In this document: positions 59,439 to 64,000 of the stretch, in pieces | How the letters are laid out: each line of letters starts with the position of its first letter | Numbering within the stretch: position 1 is the stretch's first letter | Assembly (NCBI GenBank): GCA_009859145.1 | Contig: VRVR01000047.1 | Location: forward strand, 128,934-192,933 | Length of the DNA stretch: 64,000 bases | Source of the DNA: Andalucia godoyi And28 | Lineage: Eukaryota; Protista; Jakobida | Direction of reading: 5' to 3' | Translations under genes and position numbers: made by a program | Notes under the pieces: generated by a model | The model's input: only the letters and a program-made list of their open reading frames with translations | The model's database searches: none | What the model was told of the DNA's origin: nothing

Positions 59439-61091
59439 CTAGACAAGAAGAAGGAGCCCGGCTTGGATGAGAAAGGAGAAAACCGCAAAGGCGGTTCCGG
59501 AGAGCTGGATGATGGACCTATGCGTGACGTCGAACCCGAGAATTTCGAGTGCCATTTGCTCTTCTCGAAGCGCCTCGAAAAAGATGCGCAGCTGATGCTC
59601 CTCCTCTGGGGTGCTGCAACTGCGCCTTTGCTCATTGCCGGTCCCCACTGCTGACGATGGTGAGGAGGAGGACGGTTGTTTTCGCGAGTGCTCAAAGAGA
59701 AAGAGAGTTTGTCGGACTTCGCTCCACTTGTGTACAATCTCATCAAACTGCGCAGGGACATCACCCTCTTGGGTTGCGCAGTGCTGGCGTTGATGCTTCT
59801 TTTGCGACGACGGATTTCGGACGGACGGAATATACATTTGCAACTGGGATTCCTCGTGAATCTGGTTCAGCAGGACATGCGAAACAAGTCTTGCGAACCT
59901 TTTCATCTGCGTCGAAGCCTCGGCTGCGGGAAGAATGCAATAGAGGAAAGTTATAAACACACACATTGCCAACACCACAATCAGCAGCGTCGACGGCGAT
60001 TTCTCAAACACTGCAAACAGACTGAGTAGAATCAGAAAAATGACGAAAAATGCAAGAGGGAACACAAAGACGTTGAAGAAGCGAGACAAGTCATGGAGAA
60101 GCGACTGTTGTCGTTCGAACAGCGCGATTATATCACTCAGGGACGTCGGCATTCCCTCCTTCTTCTTCTCCAGCAACATAATCCTGTTGCTAACACCATC
60201 AGCACCACGAGCACCACGAGCACCACCATTGGACGCAGCTTTCGCGAAGGAGCGGGAATTGTGTAGAGCCCAAAAGAAAAGTTCCTCGGTGATGTTGATC
60301 TGGAGCAGAAAGACGATTTTGCAGAGGTATGCGACGGGGATCATTGCGACAAAGATGAATGTATAGGGAATGGGATAGAACAGCAACGAAGAGACAAAGA
60401 CCAGCGTTGCGCGCCCATCATTCTCACGAAACGACAGATGCTGGTTTGAAAAAGAATTGATGACTGCACCGAGTAAGCCGAGACCGAGGGCAAGAGCCGA
60501 GCGGATGGTCACTGCTGCGTGCAGTTCCCCGATCTTCGTGGTGTGGACGGATGGGAACAGCGTGTGGATCAGCGGCCCAACTTGTTCATAGCAGATCCAT
60601 TGGTAGAAAAACATCAGCGAAAAGCCCAGCAGCACAATCGACTGCGCAACCAACGACGCAGACTGCACTGTCGACTCCGAGATTGCAACCAGCATGTTAT
60701 TCACAAAAATGAGAAGAACCGTGCACACAATCATGCACCTCGTTCCATACCGCACGGTCACGGTGCACTCGGGAAGAATCGAGCACATAAACCCGTTCAG
60801 CAGAAGCGCATACTGCGGAAGAACAGGCAGATCCACAATCAGCGACTGCAGCTCCGTCTCCAGCACCGACGAATCTGCTGCTGCCGTAGTCAAAGCCCTG
60901 CTCTCCGAGTCGAGCAGCGGCGACGCCATCAGCAGCTCGCGGCTCTGCAAAGACCACTGCGAGATCGTCTGCCGACGAGCTACGCGCCGGCTGTACACTA
61001 CAGTCACCAAGCACATCAGCCATAGTCCCACAATCACAAGCTGCGCAATCGACGTCCCTACTGACAACGCCGACTGGTCCAACTGCACCAT
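59439..61091 (-). CDS. Multi-pass membrane protein, GRL/7TMIC candidate (tandem paralogue 2)
   Basis: Paralogue of 57492-59069; TM7 ALEILGFDVTHRSIIQLSGTAFAVFSFLIQ with the terminal hydrophobic-hydrophobic-Q motif. Confidence 0.7.
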   Translation of the reverse strand: MVQLDQSALSVGTSIAQLVIVGLWLMCLVTVVYSRRVARRQTISQWSLQSRELLMASPLLDSESRALTTAAADSSVLETELQSLIVDLPVLPQYALLLNGFMCSILPECTVTVRYGTRCMIVCTVLLIFVNNMLVAISESTVQSASLVAQSIVLLGFSLMFFYQWICYEQVGPLIHTLFPSVHTTKIGELHAAVTIRSALALGLGLLGAVINSFSNQHLSFRENDGRATLVFVSSLLFYPIPYTFIFVAMIPVAYLCKIVFLLQINITEELFFWALHNSRSFAKAASNGGARGARGADGVSNRIMLLEKKKEGMPTSLSDIIALFERQQSLLHDLSRFFNVFVFPLAFFVIFLILLSLFAVFEKSPSTLLIVVLAMCVFITFLYCILPAAEASTQMKRFARLVSHVLLNQIHEESQLQMYIPSVRNPSSQKKHQRQHCATQEGDVPAQFDEIVHKWSEVRQTLFLFEHSRKQPSSSSPSSAVGTGNEQRRSCSTPEEEHQLRIFFEALREEQMALEILGFDVTHRSIIQLSGTAFAVFSFLIQAGLLLLV

Positions 61092-61165
61092 ACAAACCGC
61101 ACTCGTCCCCTTCTTTGTTCTTTCTTTCCTACGTCGCCCAAGCGGTCCGCTAAATGCTCAGCCAG

Positions 61166-61199
<34 letters not shown>

Positions 61200-61612
61200 T
61201 ACAGCATCAACAAAGGACAGCAAAACCCAAATTAAAAAAACCGCGCGCAGTTGTCAAATAGTAACCGCGTAGATAACATGATGAATCAATCCCGCAGCTT
61301 GTAGTACAGCAGGCAATGGGGTTTCTGCTAGGAGGGCGTGGCGCAGGTGCGTGGAGAACGGAGGGAGAGAGGGTGGTTTCCTAGGTCGATCAGCTCGTAC
61401 GGCGAGTCAGCGATTCAGAGTCGTGCAATCACCCGGAAGAATGACAAAGAATCAAGAGGGGGAAGAGAGGGTGCTTCATTCCCTCTTACGTCATCCCAAA
61501 GCCATTTGGTTTCCCTTTACAATAACATTGATGTTACAAGAAAAACAGCAATGAAAGACAAACAAAGGATTAGAAAGATAGTACGACGAAGGAACAGGAA
61601 AGGAGTTACGCG

Positions 61613-63445
61613 ATGAAGTCGATGCAGGATGTGCTGCAACATCCAGTGTATCTGAGCTTGATCTTTTCGGGGCTTCACTACCGAGAATTGGCGTCGATCG
61701 CGCTGGTGTGCTCGAGCTGGAATTCCGCCGCGCGCACGGCGGTTCTTCGCGGGATTGCGCGGCGATGGGACTCAGTTTCATCGCGAGGGGACGAAGAATC
61801 GTCAAACTACAGCCATGCCTGTACCGGGTCCTATGCTGCTATCCGCGTCTGCGAGTTTGGGAGTGGGTATGACGACGAGCATGCGTACGAGTTGTGTGCA
61901 TACGCAAGCGGCACCCATGCGTCTGGTCAGAGGCTCCCGCCGAGCATTCGGTCGCTGCTGCGCTCGTATACCTTGTTTGTCGGGGCTTCGAATGCACAGG
62001 GATCCGCCTCCACCGATTGCCGCGACGCTGATCATCCTGCTGCGCTGATGGAGGGTCTTACCGCTCTGACGCGCTTACAGGTGCACGTCGTAGGAGCCGA
62101 TGCGTCACAAGCCCGAATGCCTCCACTGTTCAACGTCTGTGCTGCGCTTTCCTGCAGCTGCCTGCGTGGGCTGAGGTCGCTCTGTGTTGCTCTGTCTGAG
62201 GACTGCTCGCCGGACTTGCGGTTATCGGACGCCATCCCTGCGCTGACCACGGTGCGACAGACGTGCTCGCAGCTCTCGAGCCTGACGCTTGCAGCACCTC
62301 AGTTGTCGCGACAGGATATTCTGCACATAGCAAGTGCTCCGCAATCGTTTCTGCTTTTGTCGTGCTTTCGCTTATCGTCCTCGAACACGTATTCTCTAGA
62401 CAGCGACGACCCTGCTGACCATGCGGCGGTCTTGCAACTCGCGCGAATGATTTCTCGAAACACCGGGTTCCAAAAGATTGCGTTTCACCAAATCGCGTTC
62501 ACGAGAGATGCGATCCAGCTGCTTGCAGAATCGCATTTGCCGTTCCTTCGCTCGTTCGGGCTTACGGCAATGCACTGGAATGTGCAAAAGGCACAGGCGC
62601 TCGCTTGTTCGCGCTGGAGAACCATTGAGGAGCTGCACTTGACGGACGCTGCAGGGCTATATGAAGACGGCCTGTCTGTCCTGTTTTCGTGCACAATGAT
62701 CCGCCGTTTGCGAGTTCTTACGCTCTCCACGCGATTTTGGAACGTGGATCCGATGCTGTCTGCCGAATACGGACTTCCGACGGTGGACCACGCCAACGTG
62801 CACAGCTTGTATGCCCCGATGATGTCGTTTGGCGCACTCTCCGCGATCGATCTCTCTGGAAATGACTGGTTCTGCAGCACGGTCGAAGCGGTATCCGCTT
62901 CCACTCGGCTGTTCTCTACCCACGGCTTCGCCTCGAGAATCTCCAAACTCGGTATTGCGAATGTCGGCTTTTCTGCGCAGACCCTGGAGATTTTCCTGAC
63001 CAACTGCTCATGGGACAACGTGCAACATCTCGATGTCTCTGAAAACGACAAGATGGGAGACAGTGTGCTCGATATCCTTTCGTCCTGTCCGTTCCGCAAA
63101 CACCTCGCTTCTCTGGAAATGCGTGGTTGCGGCGTTTCTTCCGCTGCCTTCCAGGCGTTCGTTGGCGTGAACAACCTTCCAAATCTGCGTATGCTCGACA
63201 TTTCTGCGAATGACCTTGACTGCACAGGGTGCGCCGCACTTGCCCGCCACTCTCGCAATTTCCCAAATTTGGCGTCACTGATAATGGCGTGCAGCTCCAT
63301 CGGGGAGGCTGGTGCCTGGTGCTTGTGCGGTCTCAAGCAGTTGTCGTATTTGGACGTTTCCAGCAATGGTGTTCCGGCAAGCTTCCGAGACGCAGTGATG
63401 TCTTCGCCGACGATGCTGCCTCTCCTAGAAGTTGCCCTGATTTAA
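61613..63445 (+). CDS. F-box / RNI-like leucine-rich repeat protein
   Basis: F-box-like LSLIFSGLHYRELASIALVCSSW; LRRs LSAIDLSGND, VQHLDVSENDKMGD, LRMLDISANDLDCTGCAALA, LSYLDVSSNGV. Confidence 0.85.
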   Translation: MKSMQDVLQHPVYLSLIFSGLHYRELASIALVCSSWNSAARTAVLRGIARRWDSVSSRGDEESSNYSHACTGSYAAIRVCEFGSGYDDEHAYELCAYASGTHASGQRLPPSIRSLLRSYTLFVGASNAQGSASTDCRDADHPAALMEGLTALTRLQVHVVGADASQARMPPLFNVCAALSCSCLRGLRSLCVALSEDCSPDLRLSDAIPALTTVRQTCSQLSSLTLAAPQLSRQDILHIASAPQSFLLLSCFRLSSSNTYSLDSDDPADHAAVLQLARMISRNTGFQKIAFHQIAFTRDAIQLLAESHLPFLRSFGLTAMHWNVQKAQALACSRWRTIEELHLTDAAGLYEDGLSVLFSCTMIRRLRVLTLSTRFWNVDPMLSAEYGLPTVDHANVHSLYAPMMSFGALSAIDLSGNDWFCSTVEAVSASTRLFSTHGFASRISKLGIANVGFSAQTLEIFLTNCSWDNVQHLDVSENDKMGDSVLDILSSCPFRKHLASLEMRGCGVSSAAFQAFVGVNNLPNLRMLDISANDLDCTGCAALARHSRNFPNLASLIMACSSIGEAGAWCLCGLKQLSYLDVSSNGVPASFRDAVMSSPTMLPLLEVALI

Positions 63446-63670
63446 TGAAGACAAGATTCGCTTTCATTGATGTATGGAAGGAGGCGTGCATGCGCAAAAA
63501 GAAAGAAAAAGAAAAGCAAAGAAAAGAAAAGAAAAAACAAAAACCAATCAATGCGTAAATTATTGAAGGATACAATACAGAAATAATAATAAAATAAATA
63601 AATACAGTGAAACCCAAAAAAACAAGACAAAAAACACATTAAAGAGACAGTAGTAACAATAGGGAGGCAA

Positions 63671-64000
63671 CTAGGTGGACGTCGTCGTCACAGTATGAGG
63701 ATTCGCAGGCATAGAGAATAGCGACCTCAGGCTGCGGGGTTCCTCATGAGGAAAGTCCAGAGATGCAGCAAGATCGGCGAACGCCGCAGGCGAAAGCAGT
63801 TGACTCTCGAACAGCGACCGCAGAAAATGCTGAACGACCAGGAAAATTTCTTCGACAAAAAGGTATCCTCGAGGACGAAGAAGCCCCAGCAGCCGCTTGA
63901 CAAACGAGAATGCAGACACCAGGCAGGACACTGCAGAATCTAACAAGCATTCGCGAAACGACTGGACCACAAACTGCAAAAATTTGATACAGTCATCCTG
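63671..64000 (-). CDS. 3' end of a gene running off the window (helical protein, unidentified)
   Basis: The frame is open from base 64000 (QDDCIKFLQFVVQSF...) to the stop at 63671. Confidence 0.65.
   Translation of the reverse strand, partial: QDDCIKFLQFVVQSFRECLLDSAVSCLVSAFSFVKRLLGLLRPRGYLFVEEIFLVVQHFLRSLFESQLLSPAAFADLAASLDFPHEEPRSLRSLFSMPANPHTVTTTST

Noticed and set aside
63748-63758. GAGGAAAGTCC, the RNase P/MRP RNA CR-I motif
   Set aside because: It is the antisense of codons L-D-F-P-H in the open minus-strand CDS, and no matching CR-V/P4 partner is visible.

Overview
This is 64 kb of a compact, intron-poor eukaryotic (protist-like) nuclear genome. It is gene-dense, with short AT-rich, microsatellite-laden intergenic spacers, and a radial-spoke-like gene suggests a flagellate. 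About 28 protein genes are supportable: RSPH10B-like MORN protein (5' partial), ISCA1, ATAD5/Elg1, a 3.9k-aa BLTP1/Csf1 with an IQ motif, a secreted c-type-lysozyme-like protein, a PhyH-type dioxygenase ending in CaaX, a LisH-WD40 protein, Pelota, DUF72, WDR46/UTP7, PGM3, ALG8, Nup160-like, aquaporin, an ABC exporter, a DUF4392/D-glutamate-cyclase-like protein, DHX37, an F-box/LRR protein, and four multi-TM proteins resembling gustatory-receptor-like 7TM ion channels (two are tandem paralogues). The main unannotated signal is a dispersed family of small intergenic elements at 36166-36748 (-), 50471-50853 (+) and, more diverged, 24361-24509 (+). They read as internally deleted TnpB/Fanzor2 remnants. 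An N-terminal IS605-OrfB-type motif (RAVRIKMHPSQEQRVTLRKW) is fused directly to the RuvC-III motif (IDRDW-NGARNIYLK). This is followed by a structurally conserved 3' segment (GNRA and UUCG hairpins with G.U-preserving changes) that ends at a shared right-end motif with different downstream flanks. The elements are therefore candidate stand-alone omegaRNA (guide RNA) cassettes. All family assignments come from motif recognition by eye; no database searches were run.
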